Assembly: GCA_964344235.1 (NCBI GenBank)
Contig: CAYFMJ010000012.1
Span: 1-22,823, forward strand
Reading direction: 5' to 3'
Source of the DNA: an uncultured Methanosarcinales archaeon
GTDB lineage: Archaea; Nanobdellota; Nanobdellia; Woesearchaeales; GW2011-AR9
DNA: 22,823 nt
The notes beneath the pieces were generated by a model. The model made no database searches and had not been told where the DNA came from. It saw only the letters and a list, made by a program, of their open reading frames with translations. The position numbers and the translations under genes were made by a program. Shown in pieces: positions 8,483 through 16,141 of this stretch. Position 1 is the first letter of the stretch; each line of letters opens with the position of its first letter.

Positions 8483-9052
8483 ATGGATAGAAGAATTGTG
8501 AGAATTGTCTTTTCCGTAATTGTGTTGTTATTTGTAATACTATTATCATATAAAATTGCTGTTGGGGTTAGCACACTTACTGAGCCACAACAAGCATGGA
8601 TGGATTATTTTAATGGTGGGGAGATGCCAACAGGATATTCTGGAAATGCAGTCTCTCACATGCAGGATGTTGATAGAGTTATGATGTTTATGGAGTATGT
8701 GTTCTATGGACTGTTGTTGATAGGAACGTTACTGTTGACGTATTATAAGAGGAACAGAAAAGAAGTACGGAGGTTGTTGAAGTATAGTGGGATTACAACG
8801 GTTGTCACTGTTGTGTTGTTAGGTTTAGTTTCATTTTTATGGTTTGATATTGTATTTGAGTCGTTCCATGCAATATTCTTCCCACAAGGGAACTGGATGT
8901 TTCCAATGGATTCGTTGCTGATCCAAACGTTTCCTCCAAAGTTCTTTGTAACAATGACAATGAAAATTTTTGGCATTGCATTCGGGATAGGAATAGTTTT
9001 TATACTAGTGTCGTATTATCTGAAGGATGATCGTAAAAGCGCAAGGACTTAA
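8483..9052 (+). CDS. DUF1461 / Lit (lipoprotein intramolecular transacylase)-like membrane protein
   Basis: Four TM segments, HMQDV and FESFHAIFFPQGNWMF...LIQTFP..FF. Start set at ATG 8483. Confidence 0.75.
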   Translation: MDRRIVRIVFSVIVLLFVILLSYKIAVGVSTLTEPQQAWMDYFNGGEMPTGYSGNAVSHMQDVDRVMMFMEYVFYGLLLIGTLLLTYYKRNRKEVRRLLKYSGITTVVTVVLLGLVSFLWFDIVFESFHAIFFPQGNWMFPMDSLLIQTFPPKFFVTMTMKIFGIAFGIGIVFILVSYYLKDDRKSART

Positions 9053-9242
9053 AGCATGGTTGCTTCTCTTGGGGATAATTTTTGTTGTGTTACTAGTGCT
9101 AATTGTAATTTTCAAAGTGTTATTGTTCTTATTACCGATTATATTGGTTATTTTAGTAATTAGTTACCTCTTTCGAATGCTCAACAAAGTTAAAAAAGAG
9201 GACAAAAGAGATTTTGTCGATATTACCTATACAAAAAAATGA
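9027..9242 (+). CDS. Small membrane protein, 71 aa
   Basis: Long hydrophobic stretch and charged tail. Overlaps both neighbours. Confidence 0.65.
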   Translation: MIVKAQGLKAWLLLLGIIFVVLLVLIVIFKVLLFLLPIILVILVISYLFRMLNKVKKEDKRDFVDITYTKK

Positions 9243-9895
9243 AAGCGTTAGTCATTATCAATTTTAAGTTGTACAAAGAAGCTGCAGGTAAGAAGACCTT
9301 GCCGTTGGCTCGGGCTATTGCGAAAGCAAAGAAGAACGGGTATGAAGTTGTTGTCGCTCCGTCTTTGATTGGCATGAAAGAAATTGTTGACAAAACGAAA
9401 TTGCCAGTGTTCTCACAGCATTGTGATCCTGTTGAGTTGGGAGCACATACAGGAAGAATTTCTGCCAAGGAGCTAAAAGCGATAGGCGTGAAGGGAACGG
9501 TTTTGAATCATTCTGAGCGGAAGATTCCCTATCAATATTTAGCAGAGATTGTGGAGTTGTGTAGAAGTACTCGGTTAAAGACTGTAGTGTGTGCATCGTC
9601 TCTTTCCGAGGTGAAGAAAGTATCTCAATTACATCCGAATTATATTGCGTATGAGCCGAAGGAATTAATTGGTGGCAACATCTCTGTTACGAAAGCGAAG
9701 CCAGAAATTATTGTGAAAGCAGTTGAGTTAGTGAAAGAGTTAAGTCCAGGGACGAAAGTGTTATGTGGGGCAGGAGTGCATTCTAAAGAAGATTTAGGGC
9801 AAGCGTTGTTACTGGGAACACATGGTGTGTTGATTGGACATGCTGTGCCGAAAGCAAGAGACCCCAAGAAGTTTTTAGAAGGGATGTTGTTGTAG
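9239..9895 (+). CDS. tpiA: Triosephosphate isomerase, archaeal type
   Basis: INFKLY (Lys), LNHSERK (His), AYEP (Glu), LCGAGV. 218 aa. Confidence 0.95.
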   Translation: MKALVIINFKLYKEAAGKKTLPLARAIAKAKKNGYEVVVAPSLIGMKEIVDKTKLPVFSQHCDPVELGAHTGRISAKELKAIGVKGTVLNHSERKIPYQYLAEIVELCRSTRLKTVVCASSLSEVKKVSQLHPNYIAYEPKELIGGNISVTKAKPEIIVKAVELVKELSPGTKVLCGAGVHSKEDLGQALLLGTHGVLIGHAVPKARDPKKFLEGMLL

Positions 9896-9896
9896 T

Positions 9897-10448
9897 TTAT
9901 TTCGCACTTACATACATTTTCTGCGTATTATGGTATTGGTCACCGTTTGGCTTAAACACTTTGACGTTAAAGATGTATGTGCCAGTAGGAAGTTCTGGGG
10001 GGATTTCAACTAAAATAAGTTGTTTTGAATGTTCATTTTCTTCTATGGTAAGCCATTCTTCATTCCAGATGATGTTGGAAAAAAGGAGGTCAAGTTGTTG
10101 TGATGTTAAAATCGTTTCATTACCATCCCCATCAATGTGTTTGGAAAGTGATACGTGGACTTGAAATTGGTTGTTAGATGAATCAATGTTTAGAATTCCT
10201 AACCCAAACGCATGGCTTTGGGCCCGTTCAAGATCAATTTGCTGGAAAGGTAGGGCAACTTGTTTACCCTGATCGATGATGAGCCGTTCTAATTCTTGTT
10301 CCGTTCTCGCGTCAAGAGTTTCCTTAAGGCTTTCAGAATCGCCAATGAATTTGTAGAGCAGTGCAACCCCCCCAGCGAGAATAACAACAGAGATAATTAT
10401 AATTACGAGAAAGTTTACCGATAAGCCGATTGCACCGCGATTTTGCAT
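9897..10448 (-). CDS. Pilin-like protein with class III signal peptide
   Basis: MQNRG/AIGLSVNFLVIIIISVVIL: short basic leader ending in G, then a hydrophobic helix and a beta-rich C-terminus. Confidence 0.72.
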   Translation of the reverse strand: MQNRGAIGLSVNFLVIIIISVVILAGGVALLYKFIGDSESLKETLDARTEQELERLIIDQGKQVALPFQQIDLERAQSHAFGLGILNIDSSNNQFQVHVSLSKHIDGDGNETILTSQQLDLLFSNIIWNEEWLTIEENEHSKQLILVEIPPELPTGTYIFNVKVFKPNGDQYHNTQKMYVSAK

Positions 10449-10464
10449 TGTAAAAAGAAAAAAA

Positions 10465-10698
10465 TTAGCGAAAGATTTCGTATTCTTTCACAATGATGAC
10501 TGCAAAGAGGAAGAGTAAGATTCCACCGCCAATCATAAACCATAAGCCAGGTAGGATGTTCATATCCCTAATTGAGAGGTACATCCCCCAACCCATGACA
10601 ATGAAGCCTAACCAGAGGAATTTGTCTAAGACTAATTTCATCACTTCAAACTCTTGTTGTTCAGTCATTCGTTTTTTTGAATTAGATCGTCTTGCCAT
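10465..10698 (-). CDS. Small two-TM membrane protein
   Basis: SD GGTGA precedes ATG 10698. Two hydrophobic helices. Confidence 0.7.
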   Translation of the reverse strand: MARRSNSKKRMTEQQEFEVMKLVLDKFLWLGFIVMGWGMYLSIRDMNILPGLWFMIGGGILLFLFAVIIVKEYEIFR

Positions 10699-10707
10699 GT
10701 AAATCAC

Positions 10708-11286
10708 CTATGATGTTTTTATGAAGAATGTCCGTTCATCGAAAACTGATTCCGTTGAATCCTCATTTTCTCCTTCTTTAGCAATAAGAACAACTTTGTA
10801 GAGATACGTTCCTGTTTTATCTGGAGCTGTAATTGTTACCGGAACGACTCTCGTTTCGCCCTGTGTGAAATCTTGAAATTCACTATTCCAAATTATCTTC
10901 GATTCAGCTTCAGTTCCACCAACTGTTGTGAATGACTTTTCTACTTCAGAGACAAATGTGTCAAATCCCTCGTTGGTTTTGACTTCGAATCCAATTTTTA
11001 AACTAAGTTTCCCATCTTTAGTATTTTTAATACCAATAGCTTGCACTGTGTCCTGGCCCGTTTCCAATATAAGCTCGTCAGTTGGGAAGCTTAACTTTTG
11101 ATTTCCACGTCTTAGATCGTCTAGAATCTGCTGTTCAATTTGTTTTTGAACTTGACCAGACGTATCTTCAATGTCTATAAAAGTGTTCCGTACGAATCCT
11201 AATCCTAAACCAAGAACTACAAAGGCAATTACAACAATAACTATTGCTTGAATGGAAAGATTTAATGATCCTCTCTTTGATCTCAT
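10708..11286 (-). CDS. Pilin-like protein with class III signal peptide
   Basis: True start MRSKRG/SLNLSIQAIVIVVIAFVVL at 11286 (SD-like GAGGTG). The ORF-track extension to 11400 runs through non-coding sequence. Confidence 0.75.
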   Translation of the reverse strand: MRSKRGSLNLSIQAIVIVVIAFVVLGLGLGFVRNTFIDIEDTSGQVQKQIEQQILDDLRRGNQKLSFPTDELILETGQDTVQAIGIKNTKDGKLSLKIGFEVKTNEGFDTFVSEVEKSFTTVGGTEAESKIIWNSEFQDFTQGETRVVPVTITAPDKTGTYLYKVVLIAKEGENEDSTESVFDERTFFIKTS

Positions 11287-11487
11287 TGTGTACACCTCTT
11301 TTTTATGAATGATTGTTAATGTTGAAATGTTTATTTTGTTGTATATAAAGCTTTTGTCTTCACGTAGAAAGAAAAAAAGAAAAAGCGGGTCCCATAACAA
11401 AGCATTGCATGGTTGATCCCCGTAGCTCCCTAAGTTTTATCGGTATAATTCTTTTAAACTTATATAAATTTTTTGTCGATGTGTAGA

Positions 11488-11586
11488 GCCGAGGTCGCAT
11501 AACTTGGTTATTGCGGCGAGTTGATGACTCGTAGCCCCCTAAGGCTTGCGGGTTCGAATTTCCTAACGGAAGTCCCGCCCTCGGCG
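11488..11586 (+). tRNA. Class II tRNA with Ser-type body, anticodon GAT, and a 14-nt intron at 59/60
   Basis: Acceptor GCCGAGG/CCTCGGC, G73. Anticodon stem GCGAG/CTCGT, loop TT-GAT-GA (11521..11527). V-arm AGCC/GGCT. T-stem GCGGG/CCCGC. Intron 11559..11572 with BHB (TTCG/CGGA helix, AA/T and AG/T bulges). TATA about 25 nt upstream. Confidence 0.85.
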
Positions 11587-11591
11587 CACAA

Positions 11592-12413
11592 TTATAATAT
11601 CGTTGTAAATTCTAAAACTAATATTGTTACATACGCAAACACAAAACTGGGAACAAAAGGAACGCCTTCTTTAATGGCAACTGTTTTTATTTTTAATCGT
11701 TGCAGTTGATTGATATCGCTCTTGGTTAATGTTTTCTTTTTGAGGATTATTTGGTTATCTTTCGTTATTGGTTCCGCTAGCCAATCTCCTTCCACTAAGT
11801 TCTTTGTTGACGTTTTGTTGATAAAAAATGCTTCTTCGATTGTCATGACAAGGAGAAGGAGGTAGAATAAGATTATTGGAATTGGAATAAATACCCAAAA
11901 CATTGTAATAAAAAGTGAAGGGATAATTAAGAGAATTGTTAATACCCATACAATAATATGCGATGTTTTATGTTTCTCTAACCGTTGCGGGAAACGAATT
12001 TTAAATAATTCCCAGCGTCTGATTGCTAAAACAAGTAGCCAGATGAGACCATACACTGCTCCCAGTAGAAGAAGAGCGATGAAAAACCAGAGTAACGTAA
12101 GACTACTTTCTGAAAAGGGATATGAAATGCCAATCACAGCACCCATGCCCATTAATAGTTTAGAATCACCACCCCCCCATTGATGAGTGTGGTATAGTAG
12201 AAGAGCGAGGAGAAGGAATACTATGAAGCCCAGAAGTCCTGAAATGAAGAGATTTATTCCTAATTCAAATGAGAAGATTGCGCGGATTCCTAACGCTGCG
12301 AAGATGAGACCGTAACTTAAGATGTCAGGAACTTCACGCGTTCTGATGTCTGTATAAGAAGTTGCGAGAAGGACTAGGAGTGTGGTTGTTGCAAGTGTAA
12401 TTTCAAAAAGCAT
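11592..12413 (-). CDS. Prepilin/preflagellin peptidase, A24 family
   Basis: YTDIRTREVPD and WGGGDSKLL (GxGD aspartates), multi-TM, C-terminal EGVPFVP. Confidence 0.9.
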   Translation of the reverse strand: MLFEITLATTTLLVLLATSYTDIRTREVPDILSYGLIFAALGIRAIFSFELGINLFISGLLGFIVFLLLALLLYHTHQWGGGDSKLLMGMGAVIGISYPFSESSLTLLWFFIALLLLGAVYGLIWLLVLAIRRWELFKIRFPQRLEKHKTSHIIVWVLTILLIIPSLFITMFWVFIPIPIILFYLLLLVMTIEEAFFINKTSTKNLVEGDWLAEPITKDNQIILKKKTLTKSDINQLQRLKIKTVAIKEGVPFVPSFVFAYVTILVLEFTTIL

Positions 12414-12449
12414 GATTGAAAGAAAATGTTGTGGTATTAAAGTGTTTGG

Positions 12450-13362
12450 TTAATAGACAAGTTGAACACTCTCTGGCGCAATAGAAAGGTGAAACTGTTT
12501 ACTTTTGGCTCTTTTGTCCCCATCTAATTGTAAGTGAAGGGAAATTGGGGCTTCAGTCCGTATTTTTACTACCTCACCAGACCGATAGGTTCCAACAGTA
12601 TTCCTCCAAATTCCTCCAGTTGCCAACGCTGCAAGTGCTTTTACTTTTGAGCCAGCGATAGTTTGAACGTGGAGCTGCCCATCATCTGGGGATGCTTCAG
12701 GACAAACATGTAACCCATAGCCGTAAAAATTCCATTTTGTAACAATACAAGTCATAAGGTTATTAACACGTTCTGTAAGACCCCCAACAGTGATATCCAC
12801 ATTACAGGGTTTATAATTTCGCAAAGCGTGTAGTGATGCATCAACATATCCATCCCATCCACTTCCGTTGCGTTGGTAAACTGCGTAGGCATCCATTCCA
12901 ACACTTGCTAAGAATGCGTAATGGTCAGTTCTACCATGGTGAACGAGAAGATCTAAGGTGTGGAGAGATCCATTCTTAATACGTTGAGCTACCCAAGCCA
13001 TTGTTGCTCGCTTTGCTAGCTTTTGCAGTGTTCTCAGATGTTTCATTCCTGGGTGAAATTGGTAGAAATTAGCATCGCCAGAACCAAGTGGTAAAATTCC
13101 AAGTGGCTTGCTTTTAAGGGGAAGAGCGTTGACAGCATCACTAAAAGATCCATCACCACCAGCAATGACTAAAACATCACATTTAGCTGCTGCCTCACGG
13201 ATGAGTGTGAGGAAATCTTGTTTTTGTTTCTGTTGCACTTGTTCCTAACAAGCCTAGGGCTTCAGTTTCTAAAGCTTTTTCTGCGTCTTGAAGGACATAT
13301 TTTTTTTCTTCAGGAGAGAGATTACCAGAAACTGCACTTGCAACTAAACCATATCGCGTCAT
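12450..13362 (-). pseudogene. Diacylglycerol kinase / YegS-family lipid kinase with one frameshift
   Basis: N-terminus MTRYGLVASAVSG... starts at 13362 in another frame (55 aa, stop at 13195). Catalytic part has AGGDGS and GILPLGSG. The span is 913 nt (3n+1), and deleting one base in T5 at 13221..13225 gives a 303-aa ORF. Confidence 0.8.
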
Positions 13363-13478
13363 ACAACATAAAGGATACGCTTTTTATTTAAACATTATTA
13401 TCCTCAAGTAGAAACAGAAACAGGGCAAACTTTTATAAACAATTTCTCATTCTTATAGAGAAAAAAACGGTGGTTTCA

Positions 13479-13979
13479 ATGGCAGAAGAATATGAGATTC
13501 TCCCTCATCAATTGTTACAAGATTTAAAGGACGATGTTGAGGTATTACAAAAAAAATTATCTAAACCTGATGCAAAGACGAATGAACTTATTTTAGAGAT
13601 TGAAAGTCTTAAGGATTCAGTGCATGATTTAACGGACGTTTTTCGTAAAGCGTTGGAAGAGATTCGAGGTGAAGGAGACGTTACAAAGACTTTGCAATTG
13701 CTGAACGAAAAATTAGAATCAGTAGTAAGTCAAAATGAAACGATAGCGAAGGGAATGATCGCTATTTCCGATAAAGTGGATGCATGGATGGGTGCCAATA
13801 GAGGGGGCATCCCTGCACCACGAGTTTCTTCAGTCAGTCATACAATGGGCATGCCACAATCGCACGGTCCCGCCAAAATGGCACCACGACCAGGGATACC
13901 AACACCGATGCCTCGTGCTAGTAGCGGAATGGATTTCCCGCCGCCTGCTGCCGGGAAACGGAAGGGGTTGTTTAAGTAA
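13479..13979 (+). CDS. Hypothetical coiled-coil protein with Pro/Met-rich C-terminus
   Basis: Heptad-rich N-terminal two-thirds and low-complexity tail. Start set at ATG 13479. Confidence 0.75.
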   Translation: MAEEYEILPHQLLQDLKDDVEVLQKKLSKPDAKTNELILEIESLKDSVHDLTDVFRKALEEIRGEGDVTKTLQLLNEKLESVVSQNETIAKGMIAISDKVDAWMGANRGGIPAPRVSSVSHTMGMPQSHGPAKMAPRPGIPTPMPRASSGMDFPPPAAGKRKGLFK

Positions 13980-13982
13980 ACA

Positions 13983-14687
13983 ATGAGCTCGTTCCGCGCG
14001 CAGCAGATGTTGTTGAAAACAGCATTGTTGTATCAGCATAAAAAGGAAGCGTTTTCACGGAAAGAGATTTTGAAGAGAATTAATGAGATAAAATATTTGT
14101 CCTCTCAGAAAAACGTGCCGAAACTGACGTTGCGGAAAGAGATTCAACATCTTGAAGCAAAGTTAGGGGCAATTTTTGAAGTCGAGAAGAGTATTCAGAA
14201 GCAGAAGAAGAAAGAATCCACGCAAGTACGTTCATTGAAAGCTAAAGTGAAGAGTTTACAAAAGCAGTTGGAGATTTCAGGGGATGTTGAAATTAAGAAG
14301 AAGATTGAGAAGTTATCACATTTACTTGGAACGTGTTTAGCGAAGAATCATTCTGGGAAGGAGATTAAGACGGCGAAGAAGTTGTTGAAAGAGATTAAAG
14401 CAGGGAAGAGGACGCCTTTGAGGAAAGTTGCTCCTCCTGTTAAAGAAGTGTCCGTTGTCGGTTTACAGCAACGGATTACGTTATTGAAGCAAGAATTAGC
14501 GATTAAGAAGCAGATGGATGATGTTGACGAGGACGTCGTTAAGAATATTGAAGATAAGATTGCATTAATTGAGAAGAGTTTAGGTGGAGGTGTGAAGCAC
14601 ACAATTAAGTTTGGTGTACTTCCAAAAGCTGAGAAAGTCGAATTAGAGAAAGAGTTGCCTCTGCCGCCACCGCCGAAGATTGTTTAA
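13983..14687 (+). CDS. Hypothetical Lys/Glu-rich coiled-coil protein
   Basis: 234-aa ORF 3 nt after the previous gene, ending PLPPPPKIV. Confidence 0.75.
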   Translation: MSSFRAQQMLLKTALLYQHKKEAFSRKEILKRINEIKYLSSQKNVPKLTLRKEIQHLEAKLGAIFEVEKSIQKQKKKESTQVRSLKAKVKSLQKQLEISGDVEIKKKIEKLSHLLGTCLAKNHSGKEIKTAKKLLKEIKAGKRTPLRKVAPPVKEVSVVGLQQRITLLKQELAIKKQMDDVDEDVVKNIEDKIALIEKSLGGGVKHTIKFGVLPKAEKVELEKELPLPPPPKIV

Positions 14688-14857
14688 ACATCCCGGCCCA
14701 TGACTGTTCTTCTACCATTTTCTTTGGCACGATGGACGGCATCAAGAATTATTTGGTTGACTTTTTTATCTAATTGTTCCATGAAGTCATTAGACATGTT
14801 GTTTATCTTCAATTCAGTAAGAATGTCCTTCACTTGTGTTCGTACAACTAAATTCAT
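14684..14857 (-). CDS. Short histone-fold protein (DUF1931-like, truncated alpha3), 57 aa
   Basis: Hand translation MNLVVRTQVKDILTELKINNMSNDFMEQLDKKVNQIILDAVHRAKENGRRTVMGRDV. The RAKENGRRTVxxRD loop2/alpha3 signature is present. Missed by the ORF track. Confidence 0.88.
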   Translation of the reverse strand: MNLVVRTQVKDILTELKINNMSNDFMEQLDKKVNQIILDAVHRAKENGRRTVMGRDV

Positions 14858-14938
14858 GGTAGTGTGAATGGTTTATTTTTTTTAAAGGTTATTGTTTAGG
14901 AAGGAAAAGTAGATAAATAGGATTTGGTTTTTGGTTTT

Positions 14939-15343
14939 ATGGTAGATTGCGTGTTTTGTAAGATTGTTACAGGGGAGATCCCTAGCTATAAAGTGTATGA
15001 GGATGAAGGCGTATTTGCGTTTTTGGATATTAAACCGCATGCGAAAGGGCATACTGTGTTGATTCCGAAGAAGCACGGTGTTTCTGCGTTTGATTTTGAA
15101 GATGATGTTCTAAGAGAAGTTATCGTTGGTGTTAAGAGAGTTCTAGAGAGGGTTAAAGAAGTTCTACAGCCAGATGGCTTTAATGTAGGGTGGAATGATG
15201 GGACTGCAGCAGGACAGGTTGTGCCTCATTTACATGTTCATGTGATGCCTCGATGGAACGGTGATGGTGGTGGCAGTATGCATTCTATTATCAAAAATCC
15301 CGGCGAGATGAGTGTTGATGAAATAGCTAAGTTGTTTGAATAA
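14939..15343 (+). CDS. HIT family nucleotide hydrolase
   Basis: CVFCKI, GHTVLIPKKH, GQVVPHLHVHVMPR. Start set at ATG 14939. Confidence 0.93.
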   Translation: MVDCVFCKIVTGEIPSYKVYEDEGVFAFLDIKPHAKGHTVLIPKKHGVSAFDFEDDVLREVIVGVKRVLERVKEVLQPDGFNVGWNDGTAAGQVVPHLHVHVMPRWNGDGGGSMHSIIKNPGEMSVDEIAKLFE

Positions 15344-15756
15344 TGGACCATATAGCGATACTTGCAAAGAACTGGTTGGATAAGATTATTTCTGGTGAAA
15401 AAACTATAGAATCACGCTGGTATAAAAACAAAAGAACGCCGTATGAGAATATCTCTGAGGGAGATGCTGTTTATTGTAAAGAAGTTGGTAAGCCGGTTAC
15501 AGTGAAATGTGCTGTTGGTAAAGTATTGTTTTTTGATACTTTGAACGAAGAGAAAATGACAGATATCTTAGAAAAATATGGAAGGAGAATTGGTTTAACA
15601 GTGAGTGATGTTGATAATTTGGTGGGAAAAAAGTATTGTACATTAATTTTCTTGAAAGCCATTGAAGAGATAGAACCTTTTGCCATTAATAAAACTGGAT
15701 TTGGGTTGATGAGTGCCTGGATTAGTGTTGAAGATGTTGAGAAGATTAAACGGTAG
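15343..15756 (+). CDS. ASCH (PUA-like) domain protein
   Basis: IISGEKTIESR fits the GxKxxExR motif, followed by GDAVYCK. TAATG overlap with the HIT gene. Confidence 0.8.
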   Translation: MDHIAILAKNWLDKIISGEKTIESRWYKNKRTPYENISEGDAVYCKEVGKPVTVKCAVGKVLFFDTLNEEKMTDILEKYGRRIGLTVSDVDNLVGKKYCTLIFLKAIEEIEPFAINKTGFGLMSAWISVEDVEKIKR

Positions 15757-15794
15757 AAATCTTTATATAACAACATCTTTCTTTTTTGCCTATT

Positions 15795-15956
15795 GGCGAT
15801 GTGGCTAAGTCTGGTTATAGCGTCACATCTGTGAATCGTAAGGATTGCAGAGGACGAAGCTCATATAGTTGAACGATGAGATCTCAGGATCGATGACTAA
15901 CTCAACGCATAACTGGAGTTACGTGAAGATCGCGTGTTCAAATCACGCCATCGCCA
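15795..15956 (+). tRNA. Elongator tRNA-Met(CAT) with introns at 30/31 and 37/38
   Basis: GGCGATG/CATCGCC-A, D-arm GGTTATAGCG. Removing 15827..15858 and 15866..15920 gives TCACG-CT-CAT-AA-CGTGA. Both introns have relaxed BHB/BHL junctions. Confidence 0.88.
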
Positions 15957-15960
15957 TCTT

Positions 15961-16081
15961 GCCAGCGTGGCACAACCTGGTACTGCGCAAATCGAGGAAA
16001 TCGAGCGTAAGCCTGGAATTAGGAAAGTACCATACAGCTTGTTTCCTTCGGGATATCCCGGTTCAAATCCGGGCGCTGGCG
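15961..16081 (+). tRNA. tRNA-Ser(GGA) with introns at 29/30 and 37/38
   Basis: GCCAGCG/CGCTGGC-G, long V-arm. Removing 15991..16010 and 16019..16035 gives CAAGC-CT-GGA-AA-GCTTG. Starts 4 nt after tRNA-Met. Confidence 0.9.
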
Positions 16082-16141
16082 CTCTTTTCTTTATTTTCTC
16101 TGAGACGATTAATTTATAAGACATTGAGAAATGATTAACGT

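Noticed and set aside
11287-11400. N-terminal extensions in ORF-track calls (also 810..833, 2403..2471, 18731..18784, 20438..20483)
   Set aside because: They cross promoter or T-rich sequence or neighbouring genes. Downstream ATGs have better SD, TATA or signal-peptide context.
11512-11547. Reading the V-arm loop CCCTAA as a CTA (amber/Pyl) or TAA anticodon after removing a BHB-like intron at 11518..11535
   Set aside because: Splicing would leave only 14 nt between position 26 and the T-stem, with no proper anticodon arm. The BHB-like pairing arises from the GCGGCG repeat.
11559-11572. Shared 3' ends of the two 59/60 introns (CGGAAG, CGAAAG) as evidence of intron transposition
   Set aside because: The similarity is forced by the need to pair with the conserved TTCG, and the inner parts differ.
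15829-15918. tRNA-His (CT-GTG-A) or tRNA-Trp (intron end CTGGAG) identity for the 15795 gene
   Set aside because: Neither gives a paired anticodon stem. Only the two-intron Met solution gives 5 bp and matches the Met D-arm.
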